Source of the DNA: an uncultured delta proteobacterium
GTDB taxonomy: Bacteria > Desulfobacterota > Syntrophobacteria > Syntrophobacterales > Syntrophobacteraceae
Length of the DNA: 64,000 nucleotides
Direction: 5' to 3'
NCBI GenBank assembly: GCA_963808625.1
Contig: CAWEHK010000054.1
Location: forward strand, 30,051 to 94,050
The position numbers were made by a program, and so were the translations under genes. This document shows, in pieces, positions 54,138-64,000 of the stretch (within the stretch, counting starts at the first letter, position 1; each line of letters starts with the position of its first letter). The notes beneath the pieces were generated by a model. It saw only the letters and a program-made list of their open reading frames with translations. It was not told the origin of the DNA and searched no databases.

Positions 54138-54379
54138 GATCGAACCTCTTCAGTGCCTAATTCATTTCGATCCTGCTGCTATTTTGAGTCCCTAACAGGG
54201 TGTCTAAACCCCCAACAAGTGCCTTGGTGATGATTGCTATGACGCACATAATCTCCAAGATCGTCATTCCCGCATGCTTTAGCGGGAATCAGGACCGCTG
54301 TTGATCCCTGGCCCCCCGCCAAAAGCATGCGGGGGTGACGACCGGTGAGCAGAACCTTTCTAGACGTGATCTAAGATCG

Positions 54380-54586
54380 TCAGGTGCTCCCAAGGTCCTG
54401 CGCTTGGGCCCATGCCTCACTCAAGGCCTTGTCGAAAGCGCAATTGCCACAGTCGTATGCGTTGTTGCAGAGCTTAAAGTTCACCACCTTTGCCTTCATC
54501 CACACGCATTGGTCTTCGCTGACAGTGAAAGCCCGCGCATATTTCGGGTCGGTTCTTTGCGGTCGATTCTTCTTCCGAGTAGTCAT
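54380..54586 (-). CDS. Small Cys-rich protein heading the hdr cluster
   Basis: CVWMKAKVVNFKLCNNAYDCGNCAFDKAL; first ORF after the sigma-54 promoter. Confidence 0.7.
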   Translation of the reverse strand: MTTRKKNRPQRTDPKYARAFTVSEDQCVWMKAKVVNFKLCNNAYDCGNCAFDKALSEAWAQAQDLGST

Positions 54587-54665
54587 AGTGGCTGACTAAG
54601 TTGGTTTCCGGCTTCAGGGTTCAGTGCTCATAAAGGCAGATTGGGATCATTCCCGGAGCTTATAG

Positions 54666-54681
54666 AGCAAAGGACATGCCA
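54666..54681 (-). promoter_or_regulatory. Sigma-54 promoter of the hdr cluster
   Basis: Minus-strand TGGCAT-GTCCT-TTGCT. Confidence 0.75.
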
Positions 54682-55123
54682 CAACGAACCATCTGCCGGG
54701 AGAGCCCTCGATCCTCAGGAGGACAGCCATTCTTCGGACCGCCCCAAGATGCGGCGACAGAGAATTACCGCACTCCCTGTCCAATATTTAAACATCCCTT
54801 GCCACAGACGGGTCGTTCAAGGCAGAGTAACCGGAAACTCCGCAGATCCGAGTTGAGACCGTAGGGGAGGGGTTCATCCCCTCCCGAAATGCGCCGAAAT
54901 GATTGCCCGTTGCGGGCGGACATAAAGTCCGCCCCTACGACCTGACCAGGTAACCAGGGACTTTCCGGATGGAAACTAATTAAGAAAGTGTATTGGTGTG
55001 GAAATTTTGGTCAGAATGTTTAAAAATTAGGCAGTAGTAGTGAATCGGCCTTGAGGAGTTGTACCAGAGATGTGCAATTGCTGAAGGATTCTGTTGAGGA
55101 GACCTCAAGTGCGGCAAACGGCC

Positions 55124-56692
55124 ATGGAACGCCCGATGAAGATTGCCATCATAGGTGGTGGGACACGCTGCAAAGCCTTCCTGGAGATGCTCGATGCGAG
55201 AAGGTTCCCGCGCCTTCGCGCGGAGATCGTTGCCGTGGCAGATCCCAATGATCGGGCGGTGGGAATCCGGCTGGCACAACAGCGAGGGATCTACACCACG
55301 GGAGACTACCGGGATTTCTATCAGATACAGGACCTGGACCTGGTTATTGAACTCACCGGACAGGAGGAACTCCTCGAAGAGTTCCTCAAGCGTCACCCGG
55401 CCAAAGTGAGAGTCCTCGAAGCCACCATTTCCCGCTTGTTCGGAGACCTCCTGCGGGATCGCGAGGAACACCTCTGTCGAGAACGGCATGTTGAACTCAT
55501 CGAGAGCATCATCGACAGTCTCTTTTTGAGCATTCGGGATTGGGTCCTGATCATCCAGCCGGACTTCAAAATCGTCGATGCCAATGAGGCTTTTCTCCGC
55601 TCGATAGGCATGACCAGGGACGATGTCATCGGCAAGTTCTGTCATCATATTCTTCATGGATCTTCCCATCCCTGCGGTGGGGAAGGCTTTCAATGCCCGG
55701 TGAAAGAGAGCCTGGAGAAAGGCGCGGCAGCCCATGCCATTCATGAGCACCTGGACCACACCCAGCAAATTCGCTACTGTGAAGTCGCCGCCGTTCCTTT
55801 GCGAGACTGGGAAGGCAACATTGAGCTCATCCTGGAAATCCACCACGATATCACGGATGAGCTTGGCAAAAGGGTTGAGGAAAAGACGCTCGCCCTTAAG
55901 AGGAACCTGGCACGCCTGGTCCATGAGGATAAGATGATCGCGCTGGGCCGGTTGGTGGCAAGCGCGGTCCATGAGATCAACAATCCCCTGGCCGGCATCA
56001 ATTCCCTGGCGCGCCTGATGCGTGAAGAACTGGAAACGGGCCATCTGAACCGCGAAAGAAAGGAGCAGTTCAAGTACTACCTGAATCTGATAAGTACCGA
56101 AGCGGGTCGCTGCAGTTCCATTGTGAGCAACCTGCTCTCCTTTTCGCGCCAGCGGAAGGTCGAGCACCATGCTTTCCAGCTTAACGAGCTGATCGAAAAC
56201 GGCTTTCACCTCTGCAAACACAAGATGGAATTGCAGCAGATCCGTTGGCACCTGGACCTTGCTGACGAACTGCCGCCTTTGGTGGGAGACCCGGGCCAGA
56301 TCCAGCAATGTCTCTTGAATCTTATCTTCAATGCCATAGAAGCGATGCCGGCCGGGGGGAACCTCACGGTCACAACCCATTGGGATACGGAGAAGAACCA
56401 GGTGCGGCTGGAAGTGAGGGACGAAGGAGTGGGCATCCCCGCCGAGATGCTGTCGCAGATTTTTGAACCGTTTTTCTCCACCAAGAGCCAGGACAAAGGC
56501 GTCGGGCTTGGCCTTTCCGTCGTCTACGGCATCGTCAAGGAGCACGGAGGCTCCATCTATGTGCACAGCGAGGTCGACAAAGGAGCCCGCTTTATTGTAC
56601 GCTTTCCCGTGCCGGCGAAGAAACCTGGTTCTCAGGAAGCATTGAAGATGCCAACCACGAAACACTCGAAAAACACGAAAGAACCTTTCTAA
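55124..56692 (+). CDS. Cytoplasmic histidine kinase with an N-terminal Rossmann (Gfo/Idh/MocA-like) domain and PAS
   Basis: MKIAIIGGGTRC...IVAVAD...DLDLVIELTG, PAS with Cys/His residues, HEINNPL and FEPFFSTK. Confidence 0.9.
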   Translation: MERPMKIAIIGGGTRCKAFLEMLDARRFPRLRAEIVAVADPNDRAVGIRLAQQRGIYTTGDYRDFYQIQDLDLVIELTGQEELLEEFLKRHPAKVRVLEATISRLFGDLLRDREEHLCRERHVELIESIIDSLFLSIRDWVLIIQPDFKIVDANEAFLRSIGMTRDDVIGKFCHHILHGSSHPCGGEGFQCPVKESLEKGAAAHAIHEHLDHTQQIRYCEVAAVPLRDWEGNIELILEIHHDITDELGKRVEEKTLALKRNLARLVHEDKMIALGRLVASAVHEINNPLAGINSLARLMREELETGHLNRERKEQFKYYLNLISTEAGRCSSIVSNLLSFSRQRKVEHHAFQLNELIENGFHLCKHKMELQQIRWHLDLADELPPLVGDPGQIQQCLLNLIFNAIEAMPAGGNLTVTTHWDTEKNQVRLEVRDEGVGIPAEMLSQIFEPFFSTKSQDKGVGLGLSVVYGIVKEHGGSIYVHSEVDKGARFIVRFPVPAKKPGSQEALKMPTTKHSKNTKEPF

Positions 56693-56858
56693 TTTTTCGG
56701 GTGTTTCGTGTATTTCGTGGTGGAAAATGATGATTTATTCCTCGGTTTTATTCTTGGACAACTCCCAACCGGGGGAAAAAACCACCCAACGGAGGGCGGG
56801 TTTTCCAACCCGCCCCCTATATCAGCAATGCGCAAAACGCTAAGCAAGGGCTAAAACC

Positions 56859-58208
56859 ATGGCGAGTCAGATCAGGATTTTGGTGGTGGACGATGAGCTC
56901 ATCATTCGCGAATCGCTCGTTGGCTGGCTCAGGAAGGCCGGCCATGAAGTCGATGCCGCGGAGGGCGGCCATCGCGCGCTCGAGATGATAGGGGGAGACC
57001 ACTATGATTTGATCTTCCTCGACATCAAAATGCCCGACCTCGCAGGATTGGAGGTGCTTAAGAATATCAAGGCCCGTCATCCCCAGAGCATGGTGGTGAT
57101 GATCACCGCCTACGGTTCGGTCGAAACGGCGGTGGAGGCCATGAAGTGCGGGGCCAGCGATTACCTCATGAAACCGTTTGAACCCGAACAGTTGACGCTG
57201 ATCGTAGAGAGAATGCTCCACCAGAAGCGGCTGATCGATGAAAATATCCTGTTGCGCGACCAGATTGACAGTCGGCAGAGCTACCAGGACCTGGTTGGCT
57301 CCTCTCCTCCCATGCAGCGACTGTTCACCATGATCGAGGAAGTGAGTACGGTGGATTCGCCCGTCCTGCTTCAAGGAGAAACGGGCACCGGCAAGGAACT
57401 GGTGGCGAAGGCCATCCATGCCAAGAGCGGTCGCCGCTATGGGCCGTTCATTCCCATCAATTGCGGAAGCTTTGCCGAGACGCTGCTCGAGAGTGAACTT
57501 TTCGGTCACGAAATCGGGTCTTTTACCGGGGCGACGCGCGCCCGGAAAGGGCGCCTGGAAATGGCCCGGGGAGGCACGCTGTTTCTTGACGAAATCGCCG
57601 AGATCCCGCCCAAGATGCAGGTCGATCTGTTGCGGGTCCTGGAAGAAAAGAAATTGCAGAAAGTCGGCGGAAGCCGGGAAATATCCCTGGACTTTCGCCT
57701 GGTTTCAGCCACTCACCGACAGCTTACCCAGGAAATGGAACGGGGACGCTTTCGGCAGGATTTATATTTTCGCCTCAACGTGATTGAGATCAAAGTGCCG
57801 CCTTTGCGGGAACGGCGGGAAGATATTCCCCTGTTGGCGCACCATTTCCTCCAGCGGTTTCGAAACGAGACCAACAAACCGGTTACGGGGATTCGCGAAG
57901 ACGCCCTCGTTCTGCTTCAGACATACGACTGGCCGGGCAATGTAAGGGAACTCCAAAATGCCATGGAGCGGGCCGTGGTATTGGCAAAAAATGAAGTCAT
58001 AACCCCGCACGATTTCGGCTTCCTCTGCCGCTTGACCGGCCAGGAAATTCCTCTTTCTTTGCAGGAAATGGAGAAGCAACACGTCGACCAGATCTTGCGC
58101 TGGTGCCAATGGAATATTTCCAGGGCCGCCAAGATCCTGGAAGTCAACCGCACGACCCTCCACAACAAAATCAGGAAATACGGCCTCAGCAAACCCGACC
58201 ATTCCTGA
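56859..58208 (+). CDS. Sigma-54-dependent response regulator
   Basis: REC, GETGTGKE, GSFTGA, WPGNVREL and an HTH. Confidence 0.95.
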   Translation: MASQIRILVVDDELIIRESLVGWLRKAGHEVDAAEGGHRALEMIGGDHYDLIFLDIKMPDLAGLEVLKNIKARHPQSMVVMITAYGSVETAVEAMKCGASDYLMKPFEPEQLTLIVERMLHQKRLIDENILLRDQIDSRQSYQDLVGSSPPMQRLFTMIEEVSTVDSPVLLQGETGTGKELVAKAIHAKSGRRYGPFIPINCGSFAETLLESELFGHEIGSFTGATRARKGRLEMARGGTLFLDEIAEIPPKMQVDLLRVLEEKKLQKVGGSREISLDFRLVSATHRQLTQEMERGRFRQDLYFRLNVIEIKVPPLRERREDIPLLAHHFLQRFRNETNKPVTGIREDALVLLQTYDWPGNVRELQNAMERAVVLAKNEVITPHDFGFLCRLTGQEIPLSLQEMEKQHVDQILRWCQWNISRAAKILEVNRTTLHNKIRKYGLSKPDHS

Positions 58209-58270
58209 TCCGAGAGCGAATCACCATCATACACTCGGTAAATCCGCCACATCAGTCAATACAGCTTTCT

Positions 58271-58757
58271 TCATAGGGTCCCAAGATCGTCAGTGAAATC
58301 CGCAAAGGCCGAGAGCTCCGCACGCAGTTTTGTCCAAAGATCCGGCAGAACAGAAACGGTCCTGCTCATCTTGGAGGGCACGATGTTGATTGTGTAGACG
58401 TTGCGCACAAGGTGTCGAAAACGCCGGAATTCATCCAGGACCACAGCGTTATCCTGAGAAATCACAGCCGGTCTGATTTCCGGAAGGTCCCGCGCCATCT
58501 GAAGCAGCAAATCCCGGTGCCAGGTTTCGCCCGCTGGGACTGCTTGATCGAGTTGTCGGGCAACGATCTCAAACAGACGCTTCCAGCCCTGAGTAGAAAC
58601 CGTGAAGATTGAGCGCCACTGAATCGAGATAGGCATCTTGATCGTCCGATATCGTCTGCGCTCGCGCCCATGCACGCATGACACGCTCGACAATACGGTC
58701 CAGGTCCAATACTGTTCCCCGGATGCGATCGGTCAGTTCACCATACACGACGTTCAT
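58271..58757 (-). CDS. HEPN-family toxin, frameshifted
   Basis: SVALNLHGFYSGLE...WHRDLL..M...FRRFRHLVRNVY. Confidence 0.82.
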
Positions 58758-59139
58758 AGCTCAATCCCATAACGCTGAATGACGTCAAGCACTGAGCGGC
58801 TGGCATTCTCGACGTCAACAAGATCGACCGGTCGGTCTGCAATGATTTCTTCCACTGCGCGCCAGGCATCCCAGTAATCATTCCCGTCAATCCTTCAACA
58901 GCCAGGTCCACATCGGATCGTGGGTGAAACGATTCGATCCTCGCCAGAGAACCGAAAAGGATCACTCGTCGCGCTCTAAACCGGATCTTCAGCACATCCG
59001 CCGCCTTACGCACAAGACCGAGAATCCGTTCCCGTTCATGTTGCACCAAGGCGGAGGGCGGAGGCGAGGGTGATCGCCGTAGTGCCCCCTTCAAATATGG
59101 CTGCCAACCCTCACGGGTTAACTCCAGCGCCGTAGCCAT
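58754..59139 (-). CDS. MNT nucleotidyltransferase antitoxin, frameshifted
   Basis: VILFGSLAR...SDVDLAVEG; overlaps the HEPN start. Confidence 0.85.
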
Positions 59140-59339
59140 GAAAAATCTTCCTTTGCAGGTGACACGTTGATTGTATGTCAGCAGGTTGAAGGTTCGCAAG
59201 CAATCGACTGAACAATTTGGAAAGCAAAGTTCCTTGAAGCCCGCGACCGAAAATTCTGATGGCTTCTCGCAGGAGCGCTGTTCTTTGTCGCCGGGATCAT
59301 TTCTGCCATTTATCCTTTTGCCCGTTGGCAACTACAGGT

Positions 59340-59733
59340 ACATCCCTTATCAAGGCGCCCAAGCTCTACTGGAGCAATACGGGGCTTGCTCTCTTCTGGC
59401 CGGGGAGAGTGAACCGCGAGGGGTGCATTTGGAAAACCTGGTGCTCACTGACCTCTTGGCCTGGCTGCACCTGCAGGCACGCCGCCCGAGGTGCTCTATT
59501 GCCGGACGGCTACCGGGATCGAAGTGGATTTCGTGATCGAGACCCCGGACCGGCTTTTGCCCATCGAGATCAAGGCCACCGCCCGCATCGCGACCGCCGA
59601 TGCCAAGGGGTTGGAAGCGTTCCTTGATGAGTACCCCGACCTTGTTGACGGGGCCTTGCTCATTCACAGTGGAAACGAGACCTTCCCCCTTACTCACCGC
59701 GTGCTGGCGACACCCTGGTGGAGGGTGATCTGA
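59340..59733 (+). pseudogene. DUF4143 (AAA ATPase C-terminal) remnant
   Basis: LIKAPKLYWSNTGL, LENLV and YCRTATGIEVDFVIE..LLPIEIKA, without the ATPase domain. Confidence 0.7.
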
Positions 59734-60272
59734 ACGGATCGAAGGCGCCTGAGCTGCGAGAACAATCTATGGAAACCTTGAATGTCGTTAGGGATACCGT
59801 TCACCGGGATCTGGTAGACTTGTTCAATCGGGGTATCTTTATACGCCAAGGCTCAGGACGCGGTGCAGTCTACGTATTGAGGGAAGGGACGGCTGATGAC
59901 GGAATCATCCGATGTTTCACCGAATCATCCGAACCCGAGTCGACAGATAATCAAGCGATTACGCGGTCCAATCTACCGAGCCGAAAGGCATTTCCTCATG
60001 GGGCGACATCTCAATCCTCCTACGGCACATTGCATTGGTCAGTCAATCGTCAACCGGTTCACCGTAATCGTAAGTTCCGTTGTGATTCATTATGAATGAT
60101 TACTGTGCATTTTTGTCATTTGTCTTGCGATTGGTGAACAGTCATCGCAAAAATCTGAAGGCGATCATTGACTGGTGCCTGGATTGGCGGTCTGAAAGTT
60201 CCCTTTGTACTTACCGTTGAGTGCATGGACCAATCAACAAGCGGATGATATGGTAAGCACCCTTTTAGGGGT

Positions 60273-60288
60273 TGGCGTCACTATTGCA
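60273..60288 (+). promoter_or_regulatory. Possible sigma-54 promoter upstream of the RT gene
   Basis: TGGCGT-CACTA-TTGCA, one mismatch to the consensus. Confidence 0.4.
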
Positions 60289-60475
60289 ACCTTAAACGAG
60301 GAACCCGACTTCGTGCTGTTTGAAAGCATCCGCGTCGTACGCGCTGGAAATGAAAGCATTACGAAGTGCCGGCGCAAGGAGTCTGTAAAGTCCGGAAACT
60401 TGATCACCCCGCCATGACATGCATTGGGTCAATCCCGCCTGTACCAAGCGGGAATAAGGATTCTTGAGGTGAACC

Positions 60476-63400
60476 ATGAGTATCGTTCACGAAAAATATA
60501 AACAGCTAAAACCGGAACTGCGCTACCTCGCGGATGAAGTAGTCCTCGCCCAGGCATGGAAGAAATCCCATGCCCATATCCGCTCGCACAATTGGTACGC
60601 CGATACCCTGGAGCTTGACTGTTCCGCGGTTAATCTTGAATCGCGCCTAAAGACTTGGGCTGAAAAGCTACGCGATGGCTCTTATCGTTCGGCAGACATG
60701 CGGCTCGTGCCGGCGCCCAAGACAGACAGTTGGACATATTTTGAAGACCCTCTCGGCTCCAAAGAGTGGAAGTGGGGACCAAAACCAAAGTCCGACAGGT
60801 GTACCCCGAATGGATCTCCTATCGAGCAAGGAGTTACGACCCCTTGCTCACCTGAATATCCAGGATCAGACAGTCGCCACTGCTATCATGTTGTGCCTGG
60901 CAGATGCCGTGGAATCTCATCAGGGCAGTACCGATCCAGAAGATCATCACGACGTGTGCAGTTACGGGAACCACCTCTTCTGCGACTGGAAAGGAAATCA
61001 GGCACGATTCCGATGGGGCAATGGCAGCACCTACAGCAAGTACTTTGAAGACTACCAGCGTTTTCTGGAACGTCAGATCCGAAAGGCCGAGGAGAGGCAA
61101 CGCTCACTGTCGCCAGGGGATGGTATATATGAGATTCATTTGGATCTGTCAGCGTTCTATGACTGCATCGACCGGGCGCGCTTGATTCAAGTGCTCAAAG
61201 GGCTTGCTAACGAATTTTACGATACCGAACCTGAGCAGAGCAAAGACTTCTGGAAAATGGTTCGGAAAACCATCCATGGCTGGCGATGGGCTCAGGAGGA
61301 CGGAAGACTTTCCGGCTGCCTCAAAGATGGCCTACCCAAACGTAAGGGAATTCCACAGGGGCTGGTCGCCAGTGGATTTTTCGCCAATGCCTATCTGCTG
61401 GACTTGGATCGGCAGTTGAGCTTACTGGTCGGCAAAAAATTCGGCGAAGTGACGCTATCAGACTACTGCCGCTATGTGGACGATTTGCGTTTGCTTGTGG
61501 TCGTACATGACGGCCAAGAACTCAACTGGAATGAATGGGTTGAGAAAACCATCCAGCCGGTGGTTCATGAGACGAAAGGACTGAAGCTCAACTCAGACAA
61601 GACCAAAGTTGAGCGTTACACCGCAAAACGATCAGGTGTATCGGTGCGCATGAAAGCGATACAACAGTCGGTTAGCGGTCCGCTGGATAGCGGCGCACTA
61701 AACATGGTGCTCGGCTCCCTCGAAGGGCTCTTCACTCTGGCTGAACAGTTTCGAGATCAAACCGAGCTCACCTATCGAGGGTGCGACCTGCCGCTGGCAT
61801 GGGTGGATCATCCGCAGATCGATTGCGCGAGGACACCGTGCTGCGTTTTGCCGCCAATCGCATGACCAAGGCATTGGCGGAAAAACGTCTGCTGTCCTCC
61901 AGGGGAAGATGAGAGCGATACTCTCAGCGGACTCGACCATGAATATGAATCCATCGCCCGTCGATTTGTGGCTGCTTGGGGACGGAATCCTTCCCTGGTC
62001 ACACTGCTAAAAAAGGGCTTCAGTCTGTTCCTCGTCCCGATCTCTTGCGTCCGGTCTGTGATGCCCTAATTGATAAGCTGAAGCAGTCAGAGCCTGATGG
62101 CAAGCGCGAACGAGAGCGACGCATTGCACTCTACTGTATGTCCGAGATTTTCGCTTCGCCGCACTTGACCTGCATCGACAAGCCCCGGATGAGATGCCAC
62201 AACATGCCGATTGGGAAGGGTTCTGCGATCTACTGTCCCATCATGGGCGCCATCTGCTGGAGGAGTGATATCTCAATCCGGAAGAGAAAGTCCTGCCATG
62301 GTATCTGAGGCAGCAGATCTGTCTCTTTTTGGCCATCTTGGGGAGCCTGTTCCTCTGTCTTCAAAGGATCAGCAGGATCATTACTATCGCCTCCATCATA
62401 TCTTACCGGGGTTATAGTAGGGTTTAGAGTTAGTGATGCATGGACAAGCTGGTACCTCTATTCATCGTGGCTTACCAGATCAGCGATAGCAAGGAACGGG
62501 TCGCGACAGGCCTGGGTGACTGGTTAGTCCAAATAAAAGGCAAAGCACACAAAGAACTAATAGGTCAAGCCTTGAGGGCAGTGGCCCTAAACCATAGGCC
62601 ATTGTTCGAGAGACTGCTGGCTCACGGCAACCGTATACAGGCTGACTGGCAATTTAAGGCCATTGCGGTGGCGGCGCAGTTTCGCTTCGACCATACTGCA
62701 CTTCCTGAGGAATTAACGGACTACAATCCGAAACGATTGTTCCTCTGGCAAGGGTAGTGATGAGGGCTGACAATCCATTCGCCCATGAAAATGCGCTACT
62801 TGCATGGCCAAGGCAATGCTTGACCGTAAAGACGCCCTGACAGATGAAGCATACCTGCCACCCCATCGAGTAGGGATTAAATGCAGAGACTGGAAGCAGG
62901 TTCAACATCCGGGTGACACCAGAAAACCACTAGAGTTGGATTGGTCAGGGAAGCCGATGGCCGATGATCGTTATGAGCTGCCCACCTGGCTCGACGATGG
63001 GGAAGACGGCGAGCAACTCTATCGGTTGGGCTGCTTTTTAAGAGCATGCGTCACCGGTGATATGGATTTCACGACAGGTCAATACCTGGTGCGTGAAGAC
63101 ACCGGCAACGCTTATTTGGGACTCAAGTCAAGCTGGATCAAACGGCGCATGGGCATGGCGCATCAACCGGAAGGTCTCATGGGCGAGGCTGCACCCATGT
63201 CTTCGTGGGTATCCGGATTATTGTACCGGTTGCTCCAGTGGCCAGGTCTTGAGGTGCAGCCTGACGACGCAAATGGCCAGAGAAGCTGACTGTTCAAACC
63301 GTAAAGAAGATCATAAGAGATCGGCTGAAATCCCAGGGCAAACTCTACGGCAAATCATCGGACTTGCCGGTATATGTTGAGCGCATCCGTCATGACCTGA

Positions 63401-64000
63401 AAGACAGCCAACATCTCCGGGTCGTGATGGTACAGTCGCTATTGCCCCGAAAGAAAGATTTCTGCTCTCACGGGATTAAACTCGATACGGCAGAGTTTCG
63501 CCACAAACATCGTGCACACGTGGCCAGCATGTGCCGGTTAACATGGACAAACTGTACGTTGCGGAGCAAGCTTCAGGCAAGAAGGCGACCATTCCGGTAG
63601 CGGATTTGATCGTCTTTCCAGACTTGCCGTTCATCCGGCAGACGTCGGCTGCTGAAGCAGCTGGCCGACAAGACTGGGGCCATGATTTTTACCGGTTTGG
63701 TCTTCCAGGAACTAAAGGGAGCACTTACGATGCCGCCTTGTGGTTGATCCCATATAAGAATGGACAAGGGCGACAATGGATCACTCGCTTTCAGGGCAAG
63801 TGGCATATGACCAAGAGTGAAGAAGAATTGGGCATCAAGCAATGGCGTCCGTATCAATTGGTTATCGAGCTGATGAATAGCCTGGAAGGACAACCGCATG
63901 GGTTTAGGTTGAGCGGATCGGTCTGTTACGACGCAACAGACATCAGCCTGGCAGCGGATCTGAAGAAATGTTGAGACCAATGCGTTCATTGTCTCAGCCT
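60476..64000 (+). CDS. Reverse transcriptase fused to a C-terminal nitrilase (C-N hydrolase) domain, DRT1/UG-type defence RT; frameshifted and running off the window
   Basis: GAGGT RBS. RT motifs IHLDLSAFYDCIDR, GIPQGLVASGFFANAYL and YCRYVDDLRL. Nitrilase motifs DLIVFP(E)LAVH, QGKWH and VCYDATD. Confidence 0.88.

Noticed and set aside
4016..64000. Widespread frameshifts read as real pseudogenisation or programmed frameshifting
   Set aside because: They also hit conserved genes (serC, hdrA, hdrB), are single-base and often lie in homopolymer runs. Long-read indel error is more parsimonious; read-level polishing would decide.
60476..64000. Group II intron, retron or DGR reverse transcriptase
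   Set aside because: There is no maturase domain or intron structure and no template/variable repeat pair. The large size with a C-terminal nitrilase fits UG/DRT RTs instead.

Overview
This 64-kb window is GC-rich. Its gene content (Hdr/Mvh cluster, many sigma-54 two-component systems, many REP/MITE-like palindromes) suggests an anaerobic deltaproteobacterium such as Desulfobacterota or Syntrophobacterales; this is an inference. Many genes, including housekeeping ones (serC, hdrA, hdrB), carry 1-nt frameshifts, most likely long-read indel errors, so split ORFs are merged here. From left to right: (1) a ThiF-family gene and a sigma-54-driven lipoprotein operon with a tandem duplication. (2) PKD/CARDB-type secreted proteins and toxin-antitoxin (TA) modules. 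(3) A minus-strand block containing a sigma-54 response regulator, TonB-dependent receptor, TPR-CHAT protease, family-5 solute-binding lipoprotein, an unannotated 29-aa Cys-Cys peptide with a perfect Shine-Dalgarno, and a Cache/HAMP histidine kinase. (4) serC, a SagB-type oxidoreductase, xth, an RRM protein, an HD hydrolase and an Fe-dependent alcohol dehydrogenase. (5) An intact IS4 element that truncates a low-GC gene. (6) A sigma-54-promoted hdrL-mvhD-fdhB-like-hdrA(REC)-hdrC-hdrB cluster, in which one HdrA carries an inserted receiver domain, divergent from a Rossmann-fold kinase and a sigma-54 regulator. (7) At the right edge, a reverse transcriptase-nitrilase fusion of the DRT1/UG type. 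The best candidates for novelty are the putative peptide-signalling/RiPP locus, the phosphorylatable HdrA, and the RT-nitrilase with a structured leader.
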